Positions 13,733 through 27,259 of a stretch of DNA of 64,000 nucleotides are shown here, one piece after another (within the stretch, counting starts at the first letter, position 1; each line of letters begins with the position of its first letter). The position numbers and the translations under genes are program-made. The stretch is from Octopus vulgaris (lineage: Eukaryota). The stretch is taken from the NCBI GenBank assembly GCA_951406725.2, contig OX597815.1, positions 137,578,001 to 137,642,000 of the forward strand, written 5' to 3'. Below the pieces are notes generated by a model, which ran no database searches, was not told the origin of the DNA, and was given only the letters and a program-made list of their open reading frames with translations.

Positions 13733-14630
13733 CATCATCATCATCATTTAACGTCTGTTGTCCATACTGGCATGGGTTGGATGGTTTGACAGAGCTGGTA
13801 TGCTGGAAGGCTGTACCATAACCCACACCATCAGATGCCAGATATTTTAAGCATCTCGGTGGTGATTCCTGATGGGACGGGAGCTTTTCTTGTCTTCATA
13901 CCCTTAATTGCTTTATCTACAATGGAACTGTTGATTCAGGTAGCCAGTCCATCAACTGGGTCAACATTTGGCGGACTCTCCTCCTCCTACCCATTCTCTA
14001 CATTCAGCAGTCTTTCATAATGGCATTTCCAAGCCTCTTTCTTTGCAGAATCATTACATGCAAATGCACCATCATCCATAAGGACACACTTCTCTCCTAT
14101 GAAATCATGATTTTCTCTCACACATTGTGTTGCAATCCAAAATACTTCAGTTCTTTGGTCCTCAAGGCATTGAACATAGGCTAATTTCATCTTTTCTGCG
14201 TCTACCTTGACTAGCTATACTTATCTCCTAGCATCCCTTCTCACAATCTGATACAGCTCCCTGCTACCCCATTCTTCTAGCCTGTTTCTTAGCTCTAATA
14301 CCCCTGTCTACTGCATCGTTCCACCACAACATTGCCCTAAGTCTGGATGGGACTTTGGCATTCAGCAAGTTGTCCCTCAGGAATTCTCAGTTGTCCTCTA
14401 TGTCACAAATTTGTAGCTCCTCCTCCCTTTCATCAAATTTCTCAATTAGGATGTCCCTAAATCTCTGACCATATGAAGGGTCCTTAAGGTTCCAAATCCT
14501 TCTTTTCCAGATTGGTTTACTTCTTGGCATCCTTTTGGAGTCTAAAGTCGCTAATAACTAGTCTATGCTGAGGGGTACATTCTTCACCAGGGTGGGTCTT
14601 TGTATTTAGGAGCAACTGTGCATCCTGCTG
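13733..14630 (-). mobile_element. RTE LINE remnant with (GAT)n tail
   Basis: EECTPQHRLVISDFRL (APE end) and KKEAWKCHYERLLNVEN; tail catcatcatcatttaacgtc. Confidence 0.7.
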
Positions 14631-15430
14631 TCTGAAATACAAAACAGTACAATTATTCAAGCTGGTAATATTTAAATCTATACAATTAGAAATATACCCA
14701 TTTGAAATCTGTCCCAATTTACCTGTTACACCCTGTATATTTGCATTTGCACTTGATAGAAGTTTTGATGGGTGGGCTGGCATTGTATATTGTTTTAGCA
14801 ACAGTGCTACCTCCTAATGCAACATGTTGCATTGGGAGGTAGCAATTTGATGACATTCACAGCAGCTGCTGATCATATGTGATGTCTTCCACAGAAATGT
14901 AACATAATCAACATTTTCAGTTGCGTTTTGGAGCAATAATAATATCTTGTTTATTAGGTACTTTGTAGAAATCTTCTGTTCTTGGATTGCAAATGTATAA
15001 CCTTCAAAGTATGATGTAACAGTCACAAGTTCAAGAAAGTTAATAGGAAATTATGGAAAGGAAAGAAGGGGGAAAGGGAGGGGTAGTGTCGGGAGAAAGT
15101 GAGTCAGAGAAGTAAATGAAAGAATGGACTGAGGAGGCATCCAGTGCTATTCCATGTTATAAGGGTGAAAATGGGTGGTTAGGTGAGTGGAGGGATGGAT
15201 GAAAGGAACACAGGGATAGAGGCTAACAAAAGGTTGGATGAGCTGTGGGGAAAAGATCAGTAAAAGAGGGATGAGGCATTGTAGACATGGAGAAGAGTAG
15301 TATTAGAAAGAGAGAGATAAAAAAGATGTTGAAGCAGCAGGAAAGCCATGGTGGAGCAGAGGATGAATGCAGTGAATGCAGAACTTTTTCCAACCAGTTT
15401 GTACTTTTCAGAACACTTATCCTAATTTTA

Positions 15431-15996
15431 TTGGGTTGTCCAGAAAGTTCATGCCAATTTTTAAAGGAAAGAAAAAGGTCAATAAATATTTGCCATTACA
15501 TTTTTAATCAACCAAATATGAACCATTTTGTTGCACAATGCGTTTCCATCGTTCCTTTAATTTGAAAATACCCTCTTCCAAGAATTGAGGTGGTTTCATG
15601 GCAAAGAATTCATCAAGGTATCTTTTTACGTCAGCCAAGGAATTGAAATTTTTACCATTAAGGCTATTCTGCAGAGACCTGAATAAGTGGAAATCCAAAG
15701 GAGCAATATCTGGTGAATATGGAGTATGGGGTAACACATCCCAGCCGAGCTGCAGCAATTTTTGTCTGGTTCCCAAAGCATCAAGTGCCAAAAATGAACT
15801 TTCTTATCTTCCATTTTAAAGGGTTACAGAATTAACACAGGTTATAGGAACATAAACCTTCTTCCACAAAAAGATAGCTTAAACTGTGCTCTAAATGGAG
15901 GTGTGGTAAAATCCTATTTTATGGACTCAATCATGTTCTAAAATAAATCGAAAGGTAAGCTGCTATAAATCGGCACAAACTTTCCAGACAACCCAA
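15431..15996 (-). mobile_element. Internally deleted mariner element with intact TIRs and TA TSD
   Basis: TA|ttgggttgtccagaaagtt ... aactttccagacaacccaa|TA. Mariner motif WDVLPHTPYSPDIAPLDFHLF, fused directly to the 5' leader MEDKKVHFWHL. One end recurs at ~16350-16529. Confidence 0.9.
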
Positions 15997-18828
15997 TACT
16001 TTGAGCTTTATGAGAATGCTAACAATCACCCAATTTTCATCATTAGAATTAGCACAGGTGATGCAAGTTGGGTTGACAGCTTTGATACAGAGACAAACCA
16101 GCACTCATTGCAATGAAAGAGCTGGCAGTCAATAAGATCAAAGAGATCATGATAGGTCTTGAGTGAAAGGCAAAGTTCATAATTTTCTCAAGGTCAAGGG
16201 CATTATTCACTCTGTGGAATGTTTGGTGCCAGGAAGGGCATCCAACCATAAAAACATGCCAAAACAGACACAGAAGGATGGTGCAGGCTTCTGCTTGGCC
16301 AGCTCCTGTCAAACTATTCAACCCATGCCAGCATGGAAAGAGGATGTTAAAGGGTTACAGAAATAACACAGGTTATAGGAACATAAACCTTCTTCCATGA
16401 AAAGATAGCTTAAACTTTGCTCTAAATGGAGGTGTAGTCAAATCCTATTTTATGAACTCAACCATGTTATAAAATAAGTCAAAAGGTAAGCTACTATAAA
16501 TCGGCACAAATCTTCCGGACAACCCAATATTTAGATTGCCTAGGCATAAAAATCTATTGATTACTTCAAGGAAATTATCCAAGCAGTTGAGAAAATCATT
16601 GCTGTGGGTGCTCTAGTGCAACAGCGACATGCATTTTTGCTGTTGGCCTACCAGTTACCTCACTACACATCTTCTATACTCATTCTTAAACCAGGCACAT
16701 TGTATGCACTCAATACACTCTGTATAGTGACTAACAATAGGAAGAGCATCTAGTCATACATAACATGTCAAAAATGTAATGTATGAGTATAAAATGGCCT
16801 CCAATCACTTTGTTATCCATCCTTCATCCATTAATACAGTTCTCTCCACTTACATTGCCATTGCTCCACCAAATTATCTCTCTTCCCCTACTATGTTGCC
16901 CCACTATCCTCATGCACTATGCTTCTTTCTCTCTCTCTCTCTCTCTCTCCCCTATCCACTCCTGCAAACTACTCAACATCATGTCACTTTTTTTCATCCT
17001 GTATCATCATTACGATTCTGCTGCCCCATTCTGTTAGTCATTTCCTAATCCCCAACTTCTCCCCTAACTCTTGCATCATTGGTGATCACCTACCTCCCAA
17101 CTCCCATCCCCCATCCGTACCCCTCCATACTCTTGCAATCTCCACCCATCTATACTCCTAGTCCTTCTACCCAACTCATTTCTAACCACTTCATCCTTTA
17201 AAGGGCTACTCAGACACATATTCACCACTATTTTAAACACTTTCCAGCTCCACCTTCTCTTCTAAATTGTGAGTAGCTATACAGCTCTGCACAATAAGAA
17301 TCATGGATGGTATATTGATTTAGAGGGTGAATTGAAGAGTGACAGACAAAAAGCCTTATGGCATTTAGCTATATCTCCTGTTTGTTCTGTCTTCAAATTC
17401 CATCTAGATTAACTCTAACTTTCATCTACATAGGAGCACTAAAATCTAAAATAATCACCAATCAAGTACTAGGATCTGCTTCAATTGTTCCAATAGTCAA
17501 AATCAGTGGCTACATGCCAATGTTATAAATCTTTATTATTATCAGTTTAACATATGATGCTGTCTTTTCGCTTAGTAATGTTTGTTATGGGAAGAATTAT
17601 TGATGAGTAGGTTCAGTTGTGTGTTGAGGGGTGATTATCATGGCATTAACAATAAAATGGTTTTTCACATTCATTAAAAACACAATTATCCTGTCTCATT
17701 TATTTTCTTAAATGACCCTGTTTCCTACAAGAATCTATGAGGAGCTATGCTTATCTATATTTGGTACAGCATTATGCAGATGAGAAATAATGTCCCCCTC
17801 TATCATAACTGGTCTATTGCAAGTAGCTTTCATCAGAAAGAAGAAACGAGCCCAGCCCTTCAAGCCAACAAACAACTCATTAGTTTCATATTGCAGCTAC
17901 TTACCTGTTTAGAGATAAGTAATTAGGGCACTGAAGGTAAAGTATCCTGATCATAGATACAATGCAATGCATTCACAAATGCTAGATATCACAATTATCG
18001 AAAGATCTCTAATAGGGACAAAACATGTGTTAACAAAGCCAAAACAGCATCCAGAGGACTAGGCTTTCTGCTCTTCAAGTTCAGAAACTATTACAGCTCT
18101 GGACAATTACTGATACTCTACAAATACAACTAGAGTCTCACATTGAAGTACTGCTCACTTATATGGAATACTGATGATACTACATACACAAATATTCTAG
18201 ATCACATACCTAAAAATTGTTTTCTAATTGATTAATAGAACATATATTACCAATACACTAAGTCAAAGAAAAAGACCTCTGTGTAGTTGTTCAACATGCA
18301 AGAAACAACAGCCAAATCTCCCTTAAATCCCTCTACTTTCTTAAACAAAGCAGGCCACACTGGATAGTGTAGTCTGAAATATGTCTGAAAATAAGACTGG
18401 ATGGTTACAGTTCAAACATATTTGATCATGGATTAAATTAATGAAGACAGACCCAGACTAAACCCACTTCCAACACACTAACAGACCAAAATAGACTATC
18501 CCGCTCCCATTACTTCTGCCATGCTTCTCTGATGTAGCTAGCTGTGTATTGTCTAATGCACTCAGCTCAATCCTCTCATCCTTCCTCTGCATTTTACTCC
18601 ATGAATACCATATTAATTAATCCTCCATTCAAGATCTGTATCTTTTGTATCTCACTTCACCCACCACTAACTGCACATGGTTTGTCTCTAGGAATCAATC
18701 TGCAAACATTCAAGGTCTTCATCAACCACATTTAACCACAACACTATGAATTACAATGTAAGCAATAGACTCTCCTTTTTTTTTTCTTGGAGTAAATAAT
18801 AATTTATGTAAAAAGCATCAATATTACA

Positions 18829-19164
18829 CATGACTTCTCAACCAAGGTTCATCTGACTACTTGGGATCCATATAAGATTGGCGGGAGTGGGGGTCACACA
18901 AGCAAAATAGTACAGTGAGTCCACAGTAGTATTTTAAGGGTCTATGAAAAAATGTTGCTTTATATTTATTGTAAGAAACAACTAGGCTTCTTTTTCTGAC
19001 ATTTTACATAATTCAACCTATACAAGTGAATAACAAAATAGGATATTTGAAAAAATTACCTATAAAATTAGTTTTTAAACATTGAATGGCTTGGCTACAG
19101 AGGTCCACCAGAATAAAATGGTAATCAAAGAGGTCCACAGATAAAAAATGGTTAAGAACCACTG
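18829..19164. mobile_element. Probable hAT-type MITE
   Basis: Right end ggttaagaaccactg is complementary to the degenerate left end catgacttctcaacc (CAGTGGTTCTCAAC-type TIR). Confidence 0.45.
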
Positions 19165-19598
19165 CTCTAACTAAAAAATCAGATGATTTTTGAAAATCAG
19201 ATTATATTTCTATTATTGCTATTGTTTCGCCCCAGATCAGGCCAGACCGTGCACACCTATGAAAAGCAGTCCACTATGTCCTTCTTTTGGACATTGCAAT
19301 TCTAAAAATACGTGATCAAATGTGCTTTCTTTTCTCAAAGTAGTAATGTGTAGTTTGAGAGAATTTTGGTTATTGCTCGTAGCATGTTGAAGGATGAAAA
19401 AGAGGATCCCAACTGACAAACCTCCTTCAAATCACACCCTAACATCTCAAAAGAAAGGCAGATATATTACAGCATAATGTAGTTCTAGATAAACTAAGCT
19501 TAAATAAAACAAGATTGACTGATCAAGGCTGGACATCTATCATAGGTCTACACATTTTTCTTTTTTTTTTTTTCAAAAAAAAAAAAAATTAATTTCAC

Positions 19599-19765
19599 CT
19601 CAATAATTTTCACAGCCATAAATGTTTTACCACTTCCTGTCGGTGCAGTTATTATACAGTTTTTCCCTAAAAGGGCTTTTGAAATCAATTCTTTTTGATA
19701 TTCACGGAGTACAATTTCCTTGGCATTGGTTCCCACTTGCTTTTGAATCTGTGATGGATTGTCTT
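19599..19765 (-). CDS. RIG-I-like receptor (DDX58/IFIH1/DHX58 family) helicase, exon with Q motif and Walker A
   Basis: Reads (x)[55 protein letters not shown]. Polypyrimidine acceptor ttgttttgttgttatag (phase 1), donor GAG|gtgaaa (phase 0). Confidence 0.9.
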
Positions 19766-19882
19766 CTATAACAACAAAACAAAATAAGAAAAAATTTTAA
19801 TGAAGTTACTTATATATATTAAATTATTTTGAGTACACAAAATCTTGACAATCTAAACGATGATATATATATTAATTCTTAA

Positions 19883-20007
19883 CATGTTCCAGCAGAGTTG
19901 GACCTGAATATGCTTGTCACTTTTGGATTTCATCTCCAGAGAGAAGTACTCCACAGATGAAATCGAACAGCAAAAAGTATATTCACATCCAAATCTGCAG
20001 GAACATG
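19883..20007. mobile_element. Hairpin MITE with TTAA flanks (piggyBac-like)
   Basis: TTAA|catgttcc...atttcatct...agatgaaatc...ggaacatg|TTAA; almost the whole element is an imperfect palindrome. Confidence 0.7.
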
Positions 20008-20099
20008 TTAAGAGCGAATACAAACATTATTTTTATATAATCATCTGTTTTGAAGTACTTTATAATTAAAATAAAATTATGTTTTCTCTATGATGATAT

Positions 20100-20487
20100 G
20101 AGAATCTGCCAGGCATCCTATTCTGAAGCTCCGGCGTTTGGCGACGGACTTGGTAAACACCCACAAAGTTATCAACCACCTCACCAACAACAACACTGAA
20201 CACCTTTTTGATCTCCATGTGTCTAACACACGTGGACATGCCTACAAAGTCAGAAAACAATACAGCTCCCATGACTTTCGGAAACATTTTTTCACGCTCA
20301 GGGTTGCTGAAGCGTGGAATAAACTGCCTGCATCAGTTGTTGACTGCCATGACACTGCATCCTTTAAGGCCCTCATGCTTTCCGAAATCCGTCGAAACTA
20401 CACCTGATTATATATACACTTTAGATGAGTTGTAGTGCACCTGAGCACTGTACACAATTATTATTATTATTATTATTATTATATTAT
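20100..20487 (+). mobile_element. CR1 LINE 3' end with (TTA)n tail
   Basis: TRGHAYKVRK...FRKHFFTLRVAEAWNKLPASVV is a classic CR1 ORF2 C-terminus. Confidence 0.85.
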
Positions 20488-20584
20488 GCTTTTGAGGTGA
20501 GCCATGTTGTGACACTCGGCAATATAATCAATTACATTAGAAGATATACACTTATTTTATCAAAGATAGCAATGCTCTTATATA

Positions 20585-20790
20585 TCTTTTATCTTGTACT
20601 GGTTTCAGCCATTGGACTGCAACCAAGCTAGGGTACCACCTTGAAGGCTTTTAGTTGAACGATTCCACCCCTGTACTTATCTTTTTAACCCTTGTATTTA
20701 TTCTATTGGTATCTTTAAACTGAACCCCTAAATTATAGGGATGTAAGCAAACCAACTCCAGCTGTTAAGCATTAATGGGAGTCAAACACA
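20585..20790 (-). mobile_element. SINE 3' part sharing the LINE 3' stem-loop
   Basis: Minus strand ggtggtaccctagcttggttgcagtccaatggctgaaaccagtacaagataaaaga is homologous to the LINE 3' UTR; the upstream body is not LINE coding sequence. Confidence 0.65.
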
Positions 20791-20820
20791 CATACATATA
20801 TAGATATATGCCTATATATA

Positions 20821-21118
20821 TCTTTATATATAAAAGTGAAGTTGTGTGTCTGTCTCCTACGATTTAGATTCCTAACTACTCCCACATTTTGCAGTGCAGT
20901 GTAACCAAAAGTGGGTATCTTATAGTCGTGATTCATATCGAGCCCTTCTGGGTATTAGCGCACATCTACGATGAGTCTACGATTTTTAAAAAAATTTACC
21001 ATCATTTTTTCCCATATTTAATGCATTTTTTGCTATTATATAAGGGAAGTAACTCTCTAAAAATGCTTATATAGTTATTTCCCTTACCAACCCGAGCAAC
21101 GCCGGGCAATACTGCTAG
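20821..21118 (+). mobile_element. Non-autonomous Helitron
   Basis: A|TCtttatatataaaag 5' end; 3' hairpin cccgagc-aac-gccggg followed by CTAG|T; inserted in an AT dinucleotide. Confidence 0.8.
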
Positions 21119-21369
21119 TATATATATATAAATCACACCTGTTGGTGACACATAAAAGGCACTTGTGTCTGTAACTGATAAAAGACCTCCATGCCAGTGC
21201 ACCTATTACACTCTTTGGAGTTGTTGGCATTAAGAAGGGCATCCAGCAATAAAAGCCAAACCAAAACAGACTGGGGCCTGGCACAGCTCTCTGGCTTACC
21301 AGTTCCAGTCAAACTGTCTAACCCATGCCAGCATGGAAAACAGATGTTAAATGATGATGATGATATATA

Positions 21370-22603
21370 CAAGGTGTGTAAGATATTTGAGGACAAACTT
21401 TTTTCAGAAAAAACATACATTTACTAACAGAAAACAACTTTATAAATGAAATAATTTGTACTAGATTATCTTGTTTATAATCTCATTCAATGCAGTCAGC
21501 TTCAGCATCAATAGCTACTTCTATGCAAGATCTGAATTGTCTACATGCCCAAATTAAATCGTCTTGGTTTATATCGGACATTATTCTGACTGTGGTGTCT
21601 TTCTTAGAATTTTTGGTGTTATGGAGATGTTGATGGACTTCTTTCTCAACACTATTTCACACATAGCAGTCTAATGGATTGAGATCTGATGAGTTTAGAG
21701 GCCAAATGTTGGGGGTTGTGGGATCATGAAAATTGTCAGCCATCCATTTTTGGATTGCTTGAGACTTGTGTGATGGTGCAAGGTCCTGATGAAACACATC
21801 CAGCCTTCAATTGCATACTCTGTCTCTCCAGGGCTTGACAAATGTTTCAATACAGCTAGCAAAGTTAACTCTAAGGCCTTAAGGAAAGAAGTGAGGTAGC
21901 ATCACATTCTCTTCATTACTAACAACTCTAAAAGCTATGATAGTAGCAGGAAATTTTATGTGCATGACTGTTGAAACTTCAGAAGGGTCTGAACATAATC
22001 ATTTGTCATTTTTCTGTTAACCTTCTGGTCCTAGTCAAAGTTATCCTCACCTGAGAAAAACTAAATCATGTCATGTTATTCTGGATTTTTAACTTTGTTT
22101 AATAGCTCTTTAGATCCAATCAAATGATTTTCTTTTGCAGACATGAATTAACTTCTCATCATATAAGACTTGTACCAGATGTCTTCATAGACAACATTTC
22201 TGACTGTCTCTTTTAACATATAGAGATCTTTTACAACCGACCTCGTATATTTTCTAGTATTTCCATCAATTATCTGCAGAACTGTTGAATAAATTCAGGT
22301 GTTCTGATGGTATCAGAGAATTGAAAAGGCTTTTTCCATTTTGATACCAGTGCTACCTTTCTAGCTGAGGCTTCTAACTCCTTGTAAACTTTGTAGATGA
22401 AAGATCTGGCAATTTTTAAAACTGAGCTTTCTCTAAATCACTGTACTCAGCCTTTAAGGCGACAATTACAGAATGCTTATTCATTTCTTGTGCAAGCTGA
22501 GTGTCTTCCATTATAATTTTTTGAAACATAAACAACATGGTGTTAATTTAAAAATAGTAATAACTCAAAAACATTATGTTCTCAAATAGCCTGTGCACCA
22601 TGT
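21370..22603 (-). mobile_element. Decayed Tc1/mariner, related to 5789-7051
   Basis: Colinear similarity (gattgagatctg, catgaaaatt.tcagccatcca, aacttcagaagggtctg) and matching TIR-like ends. Confidence 0.8.
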
Positions 22604-22710
22604 ATATACACACACATACACTCACACTACCTATAGAGAGGTCAAGAAGTATTTTGCCTGGGACAACTAATCCCATATTTATCCCTCTTTGTTTTGATTC
22701 ACACACACAT

Positions 22711-22787
<77 letters not shown>

Positions 22788-23579
22788 AATAATGATGATG
22801 ATGATGAGACAGACTTCTTTCAATTTCTGTCAACCAAAACCAAGGCTTTGGCCAGCCAAGGGCTATAATAGAAGACACTTTCCAAAGGTGTAAAGCAGTG
22901 GGGTTGAACTCAGAGTCATGTGGCTGAGAAACAAACTTCTTACCACATAATCTTGCTATATAAATACACATGCACATGTATTCACACATGCATGCATGTA
23001 TTTTGTATGAAAATACTTGATTTAATGATGGAGACCAAAATCCCAAGAGAACTCAATATGAGGTGTATGGATACCTGCAGAGCAAATATAATTATTTTCA
23101 AAAATTTATTTGTTTTGGCAAATTGAATTATGCTGTCTTTTTGTTACATGGCTTCCCATGAATTATTTTGAATTTGTTGATGCAAGATTTCAAATTATTT
23201 TTCCCCCCCATTCACTGAACTGGCAGTGTGTTTTTGAAAAGCTCGCTTAAGTTCACCAAATAGCATCTATTTAGGGATCCTCTGACTATTCATTCAAATA
23301 AAATGTCCACAAATACATTGTGGATGTATGAATCCATTGACTTCAAATAAGAAATCAACTGTGGCTAGATAACAATCGTCAGCCAAGAGCATCAGCTACT
23401 TGAGGGATGTATGTGTGGACACATGCACTGGCCTGTCAGCAGATGTCTGTGTGTGCTAGAGGTGAAATGAGTGAATGTATTTTTATATGTGTAGGTAAAG
23501 GTGTGTGTGTGCGCATGTGTGTGTGTATGTATATTTATATATACTATTTACCTCAAAACATACCTCTTCATAGAATACA

Positions 23580-24200
23580 ACACTAACCGGAGTACCAGTA
23601 CCCTGACTCCATGACAAATGCAGATAGTATAAATAATAACAATGATAGAAATAATAATAATGTTAATAACATAGACCAATCTACCCCCATTTCTACCTCT
23701 CCTGAGTCAATATTACTTCCTCCATTTCTGAGAATAATCCCCACAATGCACTACCATGTAATTTCCACCCTGGGACCATTTGCCCTCTATAAACCCATTG
23801 CAGAAGGTCTAACATAATTTACAAATGCACTGTCCTCAACATGCTACACAATTCTACAACCATATATACAGGATCAACTATAAATTTTAAACAGAGATAT
23901 GCTTCACATCTCAATTCTTTTAAATATGAGAAACACAGTAAATCCACAACCCTCATCAGTTACATACATCATCTTAAAAATAGGAATATTCCTTATAACT
24001 TATCATGGTCCATAATAGATTCAGGGCTTCCACAACATGATGAGAACTCAGCCTTTAAGCTATGCCTAAAAGAAGCATTCCACACATTAAAACATAACAC
24101 TTCAATAATACTAAATAAGTATAATGAGGCCCTAGGTGCATGCAACCACTGCTTTTTTTCATACCTTCCAAGTTTACCACAGATCTAAATGCAACTTAAG
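23580..24200 (+). mobile_element. Penelope-like element remnant, GIY-YIG endonuclease
   Basis: IYTGSTINFKQRYASHLNSFKYEKHSKSTTLISYIHHLKNRNIPYNLSWSII...LCLKEAFH...ILNKYNE...CNH matches a Penelope GIY-YIG domain. Confidence 0.8.
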
Positions 24201-25270
24201 TCATCACACAGTATATATACCAAATACCCCTTAGGTAACCTCTAACAACCTTATTTGACTTTCCAATTTTTTAATTGTTTAATAATATATATATATACAT
24301 ACATAGATATATGTATATCTATAATACATTCAAAATCAGTGTGAATCTTGCCTGCATGCTTGCAATGTTACCCAGGCAAACTGGTGTATAATGGGAAAAT
24401 ACTATAGATTAAGTTTACCCTGAAATGTTAATACAAACAGAATAAAATAAGTTTCGCATAAATCGGACAAGTAGTTTTAAAGATATTAAAGGTTTTGGGG
24501 TATAAATACCTAAAACAGTGCATAATGGGAAAATATTCCAAAAATAATCTTCATCCTAAAAGGGAAGAAGCTCTTATCTTTCTATTAAACAGTGACTTGA
24601 CAACAAAACAATACAAACTTTTTACAGGAAATGTTTCTATTTTCACTTTTGTTAAACAACATTTTAATCATTTAGAAATATTTTTAAGTAAATGTGATTT
24701 AAAAAATGTAAGCTGTTTGTGCAGTAAGTATTTGTATTTTAGCCTTCTTTAAACAGACAATATTTTCATGTTTTTTAAAATTATTTTCAAGTGAATACCA
24801 TTGCAAAAATATTTTTGGCATATTTAAAAAATATTTAAAACTGAATATGACTTTAAAAATATGATAAATATTTCATAAAAGACCTACTCATAACCTTGGT
24901 GTGAAATAAGTTTTTTTTCAAGTGTATTCAACATATCTCACCTCCAAAGATTTGGCTGCTATTTCTAGCATGCCTTGCTACCATGTAACACTTATTTGCA
25001 ATAAAGGACCCAAAATACCTGTTATGTGGTAGCAGGGCGTGCAAGAAATAGCAGCCAAATCTTTCCTTTTCTGGGGAAAGGAGCTATTTACACATGATTT
25101 CAATGTCACTTTAGTTGAAAGCATGCGAAATAACCTGGAAAAGACAAAAAAGCCATGGAACAAAACTCCATAGTTCTTCCAATCGATGGAACAGCCTTCT
25201 CGTGAAATTAACATGCAAGTGGATAAGCACTCCACACATACATGTGTCTTTAACGTAGTTCTCAGGGAGA

Positions 25271-26018
25271 TTCAGCATGACACAGACTGTGACATGGCTC
25301 GAAAGAAATGAAGCTAGCATGATCCACTGGATGTGTAATGTCAGTGTGCAGACACAAGAGAGTGTAAGTACCCTGAGAGGAATGTTAGATATAAGAAGCA
25401 TCAGATGTGGCATGCAAGAGAGACGTTTGCGCTGTATGGTCATGTACTATGGATGGATGAGGAGAGATGTGTGAAGGAAGAAGTGCCACTCCCAAACAGT
25501 AGAAGGAATCTGGGGTAGAGGTAGACCCAGGAAGACATGGAATGAGGTGGTCAAGCATGACCTTCGAACGATGGGACTCACATAGGCAATGACAAAAGAC
25601 TGACACCTCTGGAGAAATGCTGTGACTGCGAAGACCTGACAAATAAAGTGAGTTCATGACTGTATCCTACACCAGCTTCACACAACCAGCTCCAACCCAT
25701 TCAAAGTACCTTGGATTGCAGGATGGCCTGCAGTGCTTACCTTGGATCGTGGGGTGACCCGCTGTACTTGAGGAGACCTATTGACTCAAATACATCAATA
25801 TCAAATTATAAATCAAACGGAATTGTAGTTGTGATACCCATGCTGGTGGCACGTAAAATGCACCCACTACACTTAGTGAGTGGTTGGCGTTAGGAAGGGC
25901 ATCCAGCTATAGAAATACACCCAGATCAGACTGGAGCCTGGTGTAGCCTCCTGGCTTCCCAGACCCCGGTCAAGCCGTCCAATCCATGCTAGCATGGAAA
26001 ACAATGATGATGATGATG
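25271..26018 (+). mobile_element. RTE LINE 3' fragment with (GAT)n tail
   Basis: LERNEASMIHWMCNVSV...QERRLR; 3' UTR as at 1330-1803; runs into a TACA microsatellite. Confidence 0.8.
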
Positions 26019-26415
26019 ACATATATACATACATATATATGCATACATATATATATATACATATATATATACACATACATATATAAACATACATATACAT
26101 ACATATATATATACATATATATATAAACATACATATACATATATATATACATACATATACATATATATATATACATACATATACATATATATGTATACAT
26201 ACATATACATATATATATACATACATATACATATATATATATACATACATATACATACATACATACATACATATATATACACATATATACACACATACAT
26301 ATATACACATATATACACACACATATATATATATATATATACACACACACATATATATATATATATAAAAGATAAAACTTACTTGGAAATGGATGCATGG
26401 CGTTCAATCATAATA

Positions 26416-26472
<57 letters not shown>

Positions 26473-26574
26473 ACTTATATACATGCATATATGTACATAC
26501 CTACATATATATATGTATATATGCATGCATATATGGGTACAGGACATAAAAAAAAAAGGGAAATGAGAATATAA

Positions 26575-26800
26575 ACAAAAACGTAGAAAACGAACTTTTT
26601 TCAAACAATGGAAGAAACAAATAGAGAACCAAGATAGGCAACATAAAGAACATTCCCTTCATCGGTTGACCCCCGTTTTATCTACTCCACATTTCAAAAC
26701 AGAGACAACTGATGAAGGGAATGTTCTTTATGTTGCCTGTCACGGTTCTCTACTTTTTTCTTTCATTGTTTGAAATAAGTTTGTTTTCTATGTTTTTGTT
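26575..26800. repeat. Imperfect inverted repeat, arms ~100 bp
   Basis: ggcaacataaagaacattcccttcatcggttg vs caactgatgaagggaatgttctttatgttgcc, with flanks also complementary. Confidence 0.8.
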
Positions 26801-27228
26801 CTTTTTATGCTCACCAGTCCTCAGTCAAACCGTCCAACCCATACCAGCATGGAAAGTGGACGTTAAACAACGATGATGATGATGATAATATATATATATA
26901 TATATAAATGGCAAAAGAAAGACAGAAGATGGAATATACGAGAATTTATTCCTAATCACATCAATTGTTTCAACACAACTAGCATCGATTCCTCATGTGT
27001 GGGGCACTCAACAACTGGTTTAGGAGTATCTCGTTGGGCGATAAATATATACAACTCGTTAAAATGAGTATTCCAAAACTACTTTCCATTTTATAAAAAG
27101 AAAAGCAGCCAGACAGAGGAAATATCTTCATTTATATAGAAGATCAAAAATAAAATCAGTCTTCTTTACAATTTGGCTGATTAATTTCAATATATGGGAA
27201 TCAGCTATAAAGTACATGCACTATACAC

Positions 27229-27259
<31 letters not shown>

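Noticed and set aside
9770-19765. Assigning the helicase to Dicer or to a specific symbol (DDX58, IFIH1, DHX58)
   Set aside because: Motifs (NQ..LAEQQ, DECHHT..HPYN.LM..YLD) favour the RLR family, but orthology cannot be set without CARD/CTD exons or a phylogeny.
26955-27005. Second hammerhead-like motif on the minus strand (cacATGAGGA...GAAACAATTGAtgtg)
   Set aside because: Core CUGANGA is mutated, stem II does not pair and the NUH site is lost; at most a dead remnant.
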